This document shows positions 26,403 to 41,200 of a stretch of DNA of 64,000 bases, one piece after another. Positions within the stretch are counted from its first letter, which is position 1. Every line of letters starts with the position of its first letter. A program made the translations under genes and the position numbers. The notes beneath the pieces are model-generated. The model had not been told where the DNA came from, ran no database searches, and saw only the letters and a list, made by a program, of their open reading frames with translations. The stretch covers positions 40,178,001 to 40,242,000 of the forward strand of contig NC_087251.1 of NCBI RefSeq assembly GCF_037042905.1, in the 5' to 3' direction. The DNA is from Lytechinus pictus. Taxonomy: Eukaryota.

Positions 26403-28129
26403 AGAATCAATGATGATTGCAATGGATTGATATTATGGAGAATTACAATAGAAAAAAAATTTATTATTCATAAAATTCTGTACAAAAGCCAACAACTTTC
26501 AGAATGATCAGAATTATGTCTGCTTATTTCATGTGATGTGTGTATATGTCACCCTTGCAAAAAAAAAAATTTCAGCGATGAATACCTTATGCATTAAATC
26601 AGTCGTCAGTTTTTTTTTCATACTTGATAGACAATATTTGAATATACAGTGCGTCCCCCCCCCCAAAAAAAAAAAAAAAAACTATACACATTTGAAATGG
26701 CTGCCAAATAAAAAATATATCACTTTGGGGGAAAACACCTACTATTCATGCTTGAGCGAGCTCTACCCACTGAAACAAAGAGTATGAAAATTAGGCCGGG
26801 CAGGAATTAGCTTTCCAATTTCTGTCAGTTTTGGAGAGGCAAATCCTTTGGAACTTGCAAAGTTAAGGGTGTTGTGATCAACCATGACCAGTTTTGGTTG
26901 TTCAAGCAAATTTCATAAATTATTGAATTGAACTTTAATGCATGAGTGAATACAAATTGCACTTTTTGGGGCAGCATTTTCACTTTATCATGTAGATCTC
27001 AGCAAATCATGCTCACCTGGCTGTATATTATGTGTGCTCATACCTTTTTACAAATAAGAAACAGACAATGAGGTATTACTCAATACACCTTTTTATAGGG
27101 ATAATTGGCTTCACATAGTGTTATATTTTGGATTTAAAGTAGAAGAAGATATGGTCAAATACTGCACAGGCAGGCAAATCAGGTAAGACCAATACTTGCA
27201 TTATTACTAATGCACCACTAAAATGTACTATGTAAATGATATTACATACACCAATCATGAATGACACTGAGAATATCATAAAATGCTCAATTATGACCAT
27301 TAAAAAAAAGATAAAGTGCCTTTCAAAGGAAAACCACCATAAACCAGAACAAAATCCTAAAACAATCAGTTAAAACTGCCCATTTAGCAATATCAAAATA
27401 CAAGGATAATATTTTATGTTTACTCAAATTCTTCCAAATTTGCTTTCCTTTAATTCTTACCTATCTTAAATTTGCAGCCTTAAAACTTTTTTTTATGCCT
27501 CCTCTAGTTTACTTCCTATCTTCCCAACTTTCAACTCGACATTCCTACCCTCCTTTGCTCTCTCTCTCTCTTTCATATCTTATTTTCCTGTTCTTGGCTC
27601 TGCTCCCCCTCCTTTTTTCACTTCTCCTAAATCAAACTGTTCTTGCTCTAATGCCTGTTTTGTAGTTTAAGTTGATGTAGTTTAAGTGTGTGTTTTAAAT
27701 GAATTGTCTTTTTTATGTGTCTATACTTTTCTTCTCCAGATAATGCATGATATATTACATACTATTTATCTAGGCAAGTTTGTTTATAGGGATTGTATAA
27801 CTATTTTGATTTGTTAAGAATTGTGTAATAATGTGACTTACTATCATGTTTATATTATTATTTGTAAAGAGATTCTGCAATTCTGCTTTTGGCTGCTACT
27901 GTATTTTTTAAATAAACCATTACCATAAATGGAGAGATCATTGGCATACAATCTACAAATTAATACTGGAAGGGGGCAACCTCAGCCAAAGAACATCGTT
28001 TCAATATGAACACAGAAATATGAGCTGACGAGGGCAACAGGACATAAGCCATTAATGACATGATGCTAGTTGAGTGTAAGAGGAGGAGCAAAGAAACTAA
28101 AGCAATGATCTTCTGAAGCAAATTCAATC

Positions 28130-28306
28130 TCATTTCATTGCTTCATATTGATCTAAAGGATAATGTTCTTTGTATTGCTCTACATGTTTCTTCATCTCAT
28201 CTAGCTGCTTCTGGAGATGATCGGGCATTTCTTCGTACACATCTGTCAGCATGTTAGTAGGGGACGGCTTCTTTCGCTTCTCTGCTGCTTGGAACTCCTG
28301 CAGTAT
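28130..28306 (-). CDS. BCKDHA: BCKDHA exon 9 (last)
   Basis: [34 protein letters not shown]...[12 protein letters not shown]. Confidence 0.93.
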   Translation of the reverse strand: MLQEFQAAEKRKKPSPTNMLTDVYEEMPDHLQKQLDEMKKHVEQYKEHYPLDQYEAMK

Positions 28307-29210
28307 CTACAAATAGAGAGTGTAAACAATATAGATCCTTAATATGAGTTATGACCAGTCATAACTTTAAAGAAATTAATAATCAATAATCATATACGAG
28401 TATTGTACAAAAATACTTACTTCACAAGATTCTATGAATAATATTTTTCTATAGCCATATCTATATACATGTACATTGAATATCTCATCTAACATTTCCC
28501 CCTAGTTTATGTTAAGTGCAAATCTCAAGATAAGCCTTGGATCACTAAGTGCACCTTATGGCTTATCAAAGGGGTACTCCAGGCAGAAAACAATACGACT
28601 TGAACAGATAAAGAAAAATCAGACAAACAGTTAAAATTTGACCAAAATCGCACAAGGAATAACAAAGTTATGGCAATTTAATGATATGCATTATTCCAGT
28701 GAAACAGTTCTAAGCATGCCTTTATGAATATTTAATGAGCAACTGATGTTATATTCCCACTTGTTCTTTTGTTTTTCATTCAAAAATGCACAGATTCTTA
28801 CAAGAAGATATATAAAATAAATTACCTAGAATGCACATTCGCCTAAAAAATTTAAGGTGTAAGGTCAAGACCTTTGATACATTATATACTATACTATATA
28901 ATGGTATCTCTAAGCTAAAACGGTGCAGGTTGGTGGTTTTGGTGTCAAAATACAGAGATTCTTACAGGAAGATTAAATGATATAAAATTAAGCATCGAGA
29001 ATGCACAATCACCCATAAAATTCAAGGTCAAATACTTTATTTTACATTATATACTGTATAAGGAAATCTCTAAGATAAAAATCACTGGTTGGTGATCTTG
29101 GTGCAAAAATGCACAGGTTTGTACAAGAAGATTAAACAACACAAAATTAAGCATAAAGAATAAACTTTCACCCTTGAAATCCAAGTTCAGAGGCAATTAT
29201 ATATATATAT

Positions 29211-29252
<42 letters not shown>

Positions 29253-32200
29253 TATGCATGCATCCTACGTAATTGCGAAGTCTATGAATGGGTTTATTCC
29301 GTAATAATACACATTTCAACGTTAAGTCGAAGGTAGAGGACATTAAGGCGCATTTCGAACATTGAAAGAAGACAAAAAAATTCACCTTCAATGCAGATGA
29401 AGAAAGATATATATATATATATATATAATGTATAAATACAGTTCAGGCCAAAAGTTTTCCCATGAAATTCAGTGAAATTTGTTCGCTTGCCAAACATCAT
29501 AAAATGTATTATATATATCTTCAGAAATATGAATACTACCATGACAAATTTAGTATCAAACGAAAGAGTGTAGTAAGCTCTTTAACACGATTGGGATGCT
29601 GTTGGGATTAAGTGTATTTCAGGTGGAATTTTCTTTGAAGAAAAAAGTAATATTTGTGCCAAATGTCTAATTTCATAGAAATATATAAATGTCAAATCTA
29701 TGATTTATATTACATTTTATATCATGATATGTCACAACTGAACAAACGAGGCATAAGCTATTTTGTGTCTCGCCCACTTAAGAAAATAACCAGAAATATC
29801 GTGATTTGCGAGGGCACGCAACATAAATGTATCAAAACTTCATTGTGAAATAACTCGGATTGAATAACATTTGTCATAAGAGTCTTGCAAGTTCACTTTA
29901 ATGTTGACCTCAAAATTTACTTTGACCTTACCATGGACCTCTGAACACAATAACATGCAGGTGTCCTAAGTACACCTACAACCCAAGTTTGGTATAAAGT
30001 GACTTATGGTTGCAGAGTTATGTGTCATAGCATTAACCTCAAAATGACCTTTGACCTTACCATGTGACCTCTGATTCCGCCATGATATGCAGGTCTCGTC
30101 TCCTCAGTACATCTACAACCCAAGTTTGGGTGAAAAGTGACTTATGGTTGCGGAGTTATGTGTCATAAAAGAGTCTTGCACTAACGTTGACCCGAAAATG
30201 ACCTTTGACCTTACCATGTGACCTCTGACTACAGCATAACATGCAGGTCTCCTAAGTACATCTACAACCTCCTGAAAACAACCAATGAAAAGGTCCTCTC
30301 CACAGACTGGTAGTCTTTCAAGTATTAAAGCGAGAAGCATTCTTTTCAATCTGAAGCAGGTCAATAAAAAACATGTGAACATCTTGCTCTTGTGCAAAGT
30401 ATGGCTGTCCTCGAGGCCTGTTCAAACTGGTATTCTGCTATCTTCATAACACACTCCCATATGTCTCTGCGATCCTCCTGGGAGATACCTAGTCTCTCTA
30501 TTCCCGAAATGCTGTCAGGAGATATGTGTTGTAGGCGCCAAACGCACAGAGGCCCTGGCTACCTGGTCAATAGAGGCCTACTGACCCTCCATCCTCTTAA
30601 ATTTACGTGACCCAGTGCATTCTGATTGGAGTACCGTAGCGTGATCTCTTGGCTCGAGCATCGCCAACACAAATAGCTGCATCTGGGACTGTGGGAGTCT
30701 TGAAAAACTGTTTAAAGTCTATCTCTGTTGCTCGGAAAGAGTTTGTCAAGTTTCACTGCACATGAGCTGTCGGATTGTCTCCAGAGCTCCAAGCCAAGAT
30801 AGAAAATAGGCTTAGAATCCTCTGCTTCGGTAGTCTCTGCCTTTAGCTGGGGGCAGTATTTTGTAATTAAATCTGCTGCCGACACAGGCTTGCTTCAACA
30901 CTATCATGGCGAGAGCTCGTGCAGGAAATAGGCTTAGAATCCTCTGCTTTGGTAGTCTCTGCCTTTAGCTGGGGGCAGTATTTTGTAATTAAATCTGCTG
31001 CCGACACAGGCTTGCTTCAACACTATCATGGCGAGAGCTCGTGCAGGAAGAAAATTTAGCTGAAGAAAAGTCTTCACTGAGCACTGAAGCCCTATCCTCT
31101 CTCTCATCAAAGGATGGACCGCTGGCGAAGCTGTGTCTCTCTCTGAGCCCGAAGTGGAGGGTTGAGACAGCATTGAATCAGCCCACTTTCTCTTGCGGGA
31201 AGCTACAGAGCAATGGTAGTTGTATTCTGAGTCCGATTCATCCTCAATATGAATAGAGGAAGAATAAAAGGCCTGATCCAACCGCTGTCCATGTCATATT
31301 TTCTTGGCCGTGTCCGCTCCGCCGCTACGTCGTCAGAGCTTGACGGTCCACCAGTCGCCCGGGCTGTCGGGTCGGCCTTTCGTATGCGCCGCTGAGATGG
31401 CAGGGGCGCCCGGGGTTGCCTGCAATCGGTTGTTGATTCATACATTTCTGAGCCGCCTAGAACAGGCAGCTGAGGCAATGTCAGACTCTTGAGAGGGATG
31501 AAAAACCGACGTCTCTCCGTGCTTCCCCCTGATTCATCTTTATTTTCTTTAAAGGAATTGTATCGTATTTCCCCACACGGTCATCCTTAGGAAACTCTGC
31601 CCTTCTGACAAGTTGTTGCCCCCAACTTTGTTCTTAGGATCTCTGATTTGGGGGTTGTTAGCATTGGGGCCTTGACGGTAAGAGTCTTTCGATCCCGCTT
31701 GGCTCATTATTGAAGTAGACGAAAACCGCGAGGATAATAGACGTTGGTTCTGAGACCTCTGTCTTTTATTAGAAGGCGAGAACTGGGTTCTGAGATCTCT
31801 GTATTTCATATATGACAAGAACTGGGTTCTGTGACCTCTGTCTTTTATATGTGATAAGAACTGGGTTCTGAGACCTCTGTCTTATATGAGACCAGAACTG
31901 GGTTCTGAGACCTCGGTCTTTTTGACAAGATTGGATCCTCTAACTTATTCAGGTGTATGTAAAAAAACTCTCAGGGCATTAGCGCCGTGACATTTCGGTT
32001 CGGGCGCCGATAAGAGAAAGAGGGAGTGAGCAGCACACGAGTGGTATTTATAGTAGGCTGGGTTTCCTACCTTGTCGTGCGGGGTTCTAGTCTGCATTGC
32101 AGGCTCTTCTCCTTTTATAGAAGTTTGCTTTTGCCGGTGTATTCGAGCGTGGCAATCAAATGGCATTGGAGGGAATAGTCAAGTATGGCATATCTGAAGT

Positions 32201-35200
32201 AGATTTAAGAAGCTCTCAAAGTTTGATCATCCCTTTTTACTCGGGAAATGCCCAGCATGCACTAAAAAATCTTTATCAAGGCTTGAATTAATCCCCACGT
32301 TCGCATGTATTCATTAATTAAAAATCTGACCGTTCGCTTTGCCGTTCAGTGACACCCCCTTTTGTGCGAGAAGACAATAAAAATCAGTACTTTTCTCGGC
32401 TCACTCCTTAAGTAGGATTCTGCACGTGAATGAACATGTACGAACAGGGTCTATTGTCTACTCTTTTTTATCCCTGTTCAGAGTCTGTTCACACACAATA
32501 GGGATTAAATTGTGCCTTATTATACAGTTGACTTTATCTTCTAAATGGGGTATATTGGCCAATATGCATGTAGGCATGAGTAATCTTTGACATTTTAATA
32601 CTGTGATATTTGATTAATTTGATATCTGTTATTCAAGCAAGTTGATGCACTAATTAATATGTTATTTGTTATTTGAATAATACATTGGAAGTTTGAATGA
32701 TTTGATATTCAATTAATTTGATATTCGGTGTGCAACCAATTGGATGTGAGATTTTTTATATTGGATTGATTGGATGTGTGTTTAACGTGACCTACTAAAA
32801 TAAGTTGAAAAACCATTTCCAATATTATTCCAGATGGTTTCTAATTGTGGGATACTAATGATTCTATTTGTGAACAGCCACATTTATCAGTCTTTGGACT
32901 GCTTGTGATTGTGTATGTATTGATAGTTTTATTGCAATAAAATCCAATAATAAGTACAAGTACAGTAAAAAAAAAATATTTCACAAGATTCTATGAATAT
33001 TTTTCTATAGCCATATTTGTATATATGTTCATTGAATATAATAAAAACCTTTGTAAAATGCAACTATTACACTAAGGTCTCAAAGCCTGGTAACACAAAG
33101 AGATGTGATCATTCTTTACAATTGATTTTAACTTTTTGCCCATGGCTTGCCTTACACTTACAACTACAATTCATTGTATGATTGATTGTATCCCATAAAG
33201 GCCCACATGTAGTACCAAGGCATACGTATTAATAAATGAGAAAGCAAAGCTGCAAAATATTAAACACCAATCCCTCAAATCTCAATAGACCACGTGCAAT
33301 GTGAACTTTTCAAGATGCCATGTTGTGAATTCAATAAATCTCTTCTGCCTCTTTCGCTGATGACTGGCAGAGTCCAACTAGCAGCCAACATCAAGATTAT
33401 TCTCCTTTTTTTTCTTCATTGTTTTCATCAAGATACTTACATTCTTCTTTGTTTCTGCCATCCATGCTTTTTCTGTATCGATGTCCCACCACTCTTTCTG
33501 CATCATGTACTTCCTTAGACGGCCTATTGGATGATCTTCGCTATCCCAATACCTCACCTCATCCACAGAACGATATGCTGACGAATCATCACTTGTACTG
33601 TGATGGCCTATCCTGTTATTGAAAATAAATAAATAAAACATGTCTGTCATATTGAGGACCATTATGCTTTAAATATGACAAAATTATATGCAAAAGATTA
33701 ACATTACTGACAAATCATAATCAAGAGTCTTGTGGTTTAGGGGTTAGAGCAATGGACTCATGATCACTCCTGCTCGGCCATTATCTCCATGTGCTGCGGA
33801 AAGCTGTGCTGCTGAGTTCCTATCAAAAGTTACTTCAACAGTAGAAGAAAAGTAACAAATCATTGATGTTTCAATTCTATCATACATGCTGGATGTAACA
33901 AGAAACATTGATCCAAAATCAACCATTTTACAATAGAGGTTGTTTTATTGTAAAAAACTTTTATATCGTTTTTCCTATGCAAAGAGGGGCTTACCACACA
34001 AGAAAATGTGAATGAAATTCATGCAAATATCTTTTCACTTGTGAGATATGTAGATCACTCAATTTATATGTTATACAAATAGACTGCTAATGAGGATGAC
34101 TGTGTTAATCATCATTCCTGAGGTGCTTTACGTACCTCGCCTTCTAACACCAAAGGGCTTATATGCCAAGGGGTTATAGAAGGGAGCGGTATGAATAGCA
34201 CCTAGTGAGTGATGATTTCCACGGTCATCCGAATACCTCATTCACATAACTCCATACCCATAACATCAATAACATCAATTTTTGACCACTACTGTAATTG
34301 ATTCACTTTGTAATTTAAACAAGCTGCACTGCGGCTGATCAATGTGAGGCTAGGCATGGCCAGTGCACCGGTGGTTGTACATACACACGACTGAGCAGCA
34401 GCCAGCTAGCTGCGCACATCCTCACAGTTTACGCATTCTATCACAAGTCAACACCCTGAGACGATGATAGACGGAATTGCACCACATCACATTATGTAGT
34501 TTTCATCAATCAGTGATTACAATCTTAGTATGAAGTATGTAATTCTACATATACGATATTGTGTATATATATATACTTTTTGTGCAAGGGCATTTTGACC
34601 TGCTTATCCAAAAGTAGGTCAAAATTGAATTTTAGTACAGGTATTAAACACTAATTTAACCCTAAAAGGCCCGGGGGGGGGGGGGGACGGGACGGGCGGA
34701 TTCCGCCCCCCCTACATATTGCATGATAAATCGGCTGCGCAAAATTTTTCAACTGCGCCGCTCGCTGACTTTCTCCTTTCAAATCTCGCACAACTTCTGA
34801 GACCAAATTTGCAATGCCCGGGTAAGCGGTTACGAAACTACGCAACATTATGTAAGAGCATGTCAGACCCAAAACCGCTCAAAAACGTGAATTCATGTAC
34901 AAATCGAATGTGAATTATGTATTTACCCAAAATTCATAAATGCATCATTATTTCTACATTTACTGATTAAACTTTATGATCATATATTTTTTGATACTTG
35001 ATTACTCTTACGTCCAAGTTTCCTGAACAAGATCCATAAACTTTCAAAGTTATGATGGAAATCAACAAATACCTTGGTCATGTGACCTGAAACTTAGGAA
35101 GGATGTTCAGTAATACTTGATTACCCTTATCTCCAATTTTTTATGAACAAGGTCCATATACTTACAAGTTATAGTGCTATTTTAAAAACTGAACCTTCGG

Positions 35201-38200
35201 TTAAGATTTTGATGTTGATTCACCAACATGGTCAAGTTCATTGACCCTAAATGATCTTTGAAATTGACCTCGGTCATGTGAACTCAAAATCTGGCAGGAT
35301 GTTCAGTAATACTTGAAAACCATTATGTCCAAGTATACTTTCTAAGTTATGACATTTCAAGAACTTGACCTTTGGTTATTAAAGATTTGATGTTGACACC
35401 GCCGTCGGAAAAGCGGCACCTATAGTCTTGCTGTGCCATGCAGGCAAAACAAAAATTGCAAGTCATAATTTTCCTTATGTACTAGTATTTTTTTGCTTTT
35501 TCCCTTGTTTTTTTTTCAATGGAAATTATTACACACCCCCCCAGTAAATTTCATCACTTCACCGCCGCACGAAATTTTTTGACCGTGCCACTGGCTGACT
35601 TTTCACTTTCAAGTCTTGCATATCTTATAAGACCAATTTTGCGATTCCCGGGTATGCAACATTTAGTAAGCACATGTTGGACCAAAAATTGCTCAAAAAC
35701 GTGATTCCGTGTACAAATTATATTTACTTTTCTTGGTTTAAATGGATTTATTTTATACTTTTTATGTTTGCAAAAGGTTCCCCAAGTATAAAAATGAGCC
35801 ATTTTCGGCATGACACTGTCTCTTAAAAAGTTATGTTGCGTTGCGAATTCGGTCTCAAAAGTTGCGCGAGACTTCAAATAAAAAAGTCATAAAAGTTTGC
35901 GGGGCTATCTTTTTGCATTCCAGAAATATCGCACGAAGCGTTGAGGGGGCATGATGTCCCCCCCCCCCCAGTCCTATCAGGATTAAGAAAAAAAGTTACT
36001 AAAAACCAATTTTCAGTTTTGAAGCCCAAAACGTTTAGGCTTTGCTGGACACCTTTTCTAGCAGCTCATTGTGGTTTTTATCTGGGCAGTCACATAAAAC
36101 AGAGGTCAATATAAAAATTGCTACTATACCGGTAAGTCATAGCTTCAATTAGGACCGGTTTACTCTCCTCTACAGCTATCTTCCTTGCTGCCTTGGTAGC
36201 ATTGTAGACGGCAAACACATCATTACCATCTACTCTGATGGTGTTCATACCATAGGCTGGACCGCGGATAGCTGATAGAGATAGAGAAAATTTCATGGTT
36301 ATAGCAAGTAGATCTGTTACAAAGATAAACTGAACTTAAAGTTATTCAGAAGAAGATTATCAGTAAACGATCTTACTCCTTACATTCAATCAGCATAAAA
36401 TTGCATGATTTAAACTAGTTATTTCTCTTTAAAACTAAGCTAAAAACATCTTATACCAACCTACTCATCTAATCAATACAGTCCGACCTCTCTTATCCGG
36501 CCTCCCCTTATCCGGATCTCTCTATTATCCGGACGCACATTTGCCGAGATTTTTTTTTTTTTTTCAATTCAATCTAGTATGTGAGGAAATGAGATTTCAA
36601 TCTAAACTCAATCCTATGCGCAAACTCACTTTGATTACATATAGTAATTATTTTCCAATATAGTCTACCTACAACATTATTTTTCATGAAAATCACTGAA
36701 AGAATTTAGGCAGGATAATTTTCCAGTAAATCAGGGCACAGCGCAAACATTTCATCACGTTCTCTTTTCGTTTCCCGGGAAAAACAATGCGTGTCTCGCT
36801 AGCTAACGCTAGGCTTCAATACGGACAGCGCCATCTATCATGTTTGAGCCTACAGTCAGTATAACAATGGCTGACATTGGGAAGCTGCGATACCCACCGC
36901 GATGATCTAATTGTAAAACTTTCATTGAGTCATTCTCTTTCGAGGTATGCTCAATCATTTTAGCAGGTAAACTATCCAACAGTTTTGGCCATCGATCGAT
37001 TTCATTTCCGTAAATATACCGCCTATAATCTGCACTGACACTGCAGTGAATACTGTCTGTACGCCCACTACAATAGATAACGTGTAGCTACCGCCGTTAA
37101 TGTTGGGCAGGCAGCAGCTGCGTGTATTTAATATTGGGTCTCCCAGATCCGGATAAATCCCTTATCCGGATTGGTGCTGGTCCCAACGTGTCCGGATAAG
37201 AGAGGTCGGACTGTAATGAAAAAATACATTTCATTTTCATCCCTCATAAATATTACTTCAAATATAAAACAGGTACAACTAATTCTGATTTTTGAAAGAA
37301 CTACTATTACCTTTAACACCAGATCAAAAAATATAAAATAACAATAAAATACTAATATTTTAAACCCCTACTGATGATATAAATACATCTTCACAATAAT
37401 GTGAATTATTTCTCAAAACTACACTCTTGCAAATAACCTTGCAAAAATAATATACTGGTTGGACAGGCAAATGACAGCAACAACAGGAGAGTGAATGGTA
37501 CTATCAGCTGAGCTTTAAGCTGTCTCCAGGGTTGTTGACAGTACTCAAGTTTGAATCCCAATATTTACCTAGTATCAACAAAATGTATCTCACAAAGAGA
37601 GATTTGTGCTGTGGTGGGATTCAAAGTATAACCCTGTATCTATTTGTTTACCATTTGGGGACTTATTCACTCATCGATATCACCTCAGTGGTCATGTTAA
37701 GACTGGCCAATAAACTTGGTAATTAAACTTACCTATTCCATCCCCTCTGTATTGCTCAGCAGTAGGTGTTGAAATTGCATATCCATTATTACGACTGAAA
37801 AAAAAGAGGAAACAAGCAACAAGAACCAACAAGATAATTAAATACTTTGTCTAGACAAATATCACATTTTCATGGGCATTGCCTTAAAATTATAAAGTGG
37901 TTTGATCCACAAGATGCAAGGGCCATTTCATAAAACTTGTTGTAATAGTAAATTTGCAATAACAGTTTAAAGCAACTGAGATCATTCAATATGATTGGCT
38001 AATAGCAAACTTGTTATAGAAATTGGCCATGGGTCTTGAAATTATCCCATAAAAAGGTGACTTTGTTACTTACGTTTACTAAATTTCTTTTTGTTTGATA
38101 TTAAACATATTTCACAGTTGAACGATAGCATAAACCTCAATTGATGTATGTAATTTGTAGTGACTACCGACTGATGGGAAGCAATCAGGGTCTGTATCCC

Positions 38201-41200
38201 GCAATACCAACTTGTACCAAACGTACCAACAATCGTGCCCCCACCAGAAAAAATAAGCTAGGATACATGAAATAAAAATACTGTATTGTTCCATGATAAA
38301 TAAAGTTTTTACTTTTCAAAGCAGTTTCTACAAAATCAAATACACCTCACCAATCATATTCTGCCTAGACAAGAGGGTTAAGAGAAGAGAAGGGGAGAAG
38401 ATGAAGAATAGATTTATTGGATAAAGCAAGGAGAAAGCAGCAGATGGGGATAGGAGTAAAGGAGAAGAGGTGAAAAATATCAAGAGAGAGAGAGAGAGAG
38501 AGAAGGAAAAAATGCAACACCTCCAGGGGTAAAACTTGAGGCAGAGAATTATCCTGGGGGATTATCATGAGATAAAAACAAAAGATTAAAAAAAATATTT
38601 GGCCTCATTATCTTTCTCAACTTATGAAAATATGAATTTCCTGGTGTAGGGTATCAATTATTCTGACAATGAAATCCCTGTTCAGAGCTTGCAAATCTGG
38701 GACATGTGTACAAAATATGTGTTTAGAGTGTCCGAGCAGCCTGCCCTTGAATCCATGTTTAGAGTGCTTTTGCTGGGGCGATTTTCACGGAAGTTGTCCA
38801 CTCTTCAACGACAGTGACCCCCTCATCCTGGACAAAAACTTTAAAATTTTTGTAACAGACATAACAGAACAACAGGAAAAGTGATCACTAGGTCTCTGCC
38901 GAACTTCGTTCAGGCGAGGGCGGATGGGGGAGGGGGAAGCAGTGGTAAACACAAAGTCTATGGGTGAGACGCATTTCATATTTTAAACATGAATAACTTT
39001 GGTAAACATATCTATTTGTGATGTTATATGTCAAGTTCCAGCCACATGCAGCCAGTCAAGTAATTTCAATAAATATTCGAACATTTATTTTTGCTTTCCC
39101 CCCGTAAAAGCTAGCAATGTGTCTGTTAATACATGTTCATGTAATATCCGCCCAGAGGCACCACAAAGTATTTATCATCACAAAAGCATATTTCTTATTG
39201 TACATGTATCTGGCCATTAAGTCTGTAGTTAGGTAGGAATCTTTGGTCTACAATCTGCTGGACAAATCTAATGCAGAACATAACTAACATTTTATCCTTG
39301 CGGCATCAAAGGGCTTTAAAGGGAATGGGTTGGATGGTTCTCCATGTCTTATAACTCCTTGCTCCAACCTGGGTTGCTGTGAACTGTTTGACAATTTTTG
39401 CGGATAAATTCGTACCATGCAGTACTAGTGCCAGATAATTGCTGATTGAAGCCCACTTTAAAAAGTGGAATTGTCTACAATTTTTTGTTCTCAATATAGA
39501 AAAAAATATATATATTTCCATTAAGACTTGTATATTTGTATATTATTAATATGCAAACATATCAAACACATATGGGGGAGGGGAGCTTTAAGAACCATAT
39601 GGCTTAGTTCCTTAGCTCTCAAGAGAGCCAATGTACCAATCCGAATTGTATTTTCTAATAGTTCAAATTATTTTTGAACAATACATGGTATGTATATTAC
39701 ATAGAGTTCTTTCCCACAAAAAAAAATCTTTAAAAATGCATGTACGTAATTTTCTGTACTTCAAGTTACCACAAAGATTCCCCAGAAATTGCACTAGCAA
39801 TACAAATTGAAATGTTGATTACTGCTGGTATGACAGATACCAGTGGATTGCTTTTGGTTATAATGCTAAAGTAACACAGCCATGATACGCACCTGCAGAT
39901 GCCTGCGTATATTTGGTTGACGAAAATGCGTAATTTTTACCCCCAACAACATAAATTTGAGCAAAAGTTTCCTACATACTGCAGACGATATGGATAAGCT
40001 ATGGATGTTATGGGTGAAACCTGCGAATGAGACCATTCGCTGCCAACCCGCTGACACATGTCACTCACGACTTACGGATTTTACGGGAGACTAATGGATA
40101 AGTTATGCTCGTGTCTGCGCACGTCGGCTTGCTCTGGCGTCCGCACCATCCGCATATAAAACCATGTGGATCGGAAACTTGCTTCCGTTGCATTTCATCA
40201 AGTCTGAGAGCTAGAATACTTTGTTTTTGTAGTTTACCATAATGTGCTTTAATATATTATTTACAGACTGATTGGAGATATAGACTGTTTCAGGGTTCCA
40301 AGCTTTTCAAGAAAACAAAATTCCCTAATTTTTTCCCTGATGAAGTTTAAAATTACTTGATAATTATTTAAACCCATTCCCAGTTTCGTATGTTTTCTAA
40401 GTTGTTGCAGTGAATTACATGTATTTTCAGTATAAAAATCTTGGCAGTAATTCAACACCCACACTTCCCAGGGCCATGTTCGTGTCGGGAATTCGTTTAC
40501 TTCCCTTTATAATGCAATGATATGATGAATATTTATAGTAGTGAAAAGACCGGAAAGTTACACAAAAGTACAGAAAGAAGTATAAGATTCGAATCTTGAA
40601 AATGTGTTGAAACTCACTGCACTCGCTCGGAAATCCGAAACCCCTCATTTCCCATCTCAATCTGTCAGAACATGCATGCCAGGCATTTCCTGTAACATCA
40701 GACTCACCAGAAAAAGATGACCGGAGCATCTAACGTTGCAGCAAAGTTGAATGCAGCATGAGCATCACCTTCGCTAGCAGCTCCATCACCAAAATAACAA
40801 ACTACACAAAGGTCACGACCCGATCTCTTCAATGCATATGCTGCTCCAGAAGCTGAATATAGAAGGGGAAGTTGAGTTAAATTGATTTATCATGAACTTA
40901 TGAAACTGTTTGGGAATCATTCATCAACATATAATAATGTTAAAGACTCAAACCAGGTGGGTGTTTCATAAAGCTGTTCGTAAGTTAAGAACGACTGGTG
41001 ATCCTTTCTTACGCACTAAATAATCACCAATGAACATTTAATGGTGAATATCATCTACCACAAGAAATGATCACCAGTCGCTCTTAAAGTCAATCTTGAC
41101 TTACAGAGTTAAAAGTGAAATTGAACAAGTGGAATGCCTCTGGCCGTCTCACCTGCATCACGCGATTCAATATAGCAGCAGTGCTGATTTTGAAAACTAC

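Larger units (their letters stand above)
29741..32384. mobile_element. HINE-like tandem-repeat element interrupted by a DIRS-like fragment
   Basis: Begins aacaaacgaggc...tgtctcgcccac; 3 units (gacctttgaccttaccatgtgacctctg...ctacaacccaagtttgg) run to 30270; probable other end ...gtgcgagaagacaataaaaa near 32380. Confidence 0.5.

Noticed and set aside
33753..33820. C/D-box snoRNA-like stem (ggactc atgatca ... ctga gttcc)
   Set aside because: Imperfect C box, antisense to the host intron, and no recognisable rRNA guide.
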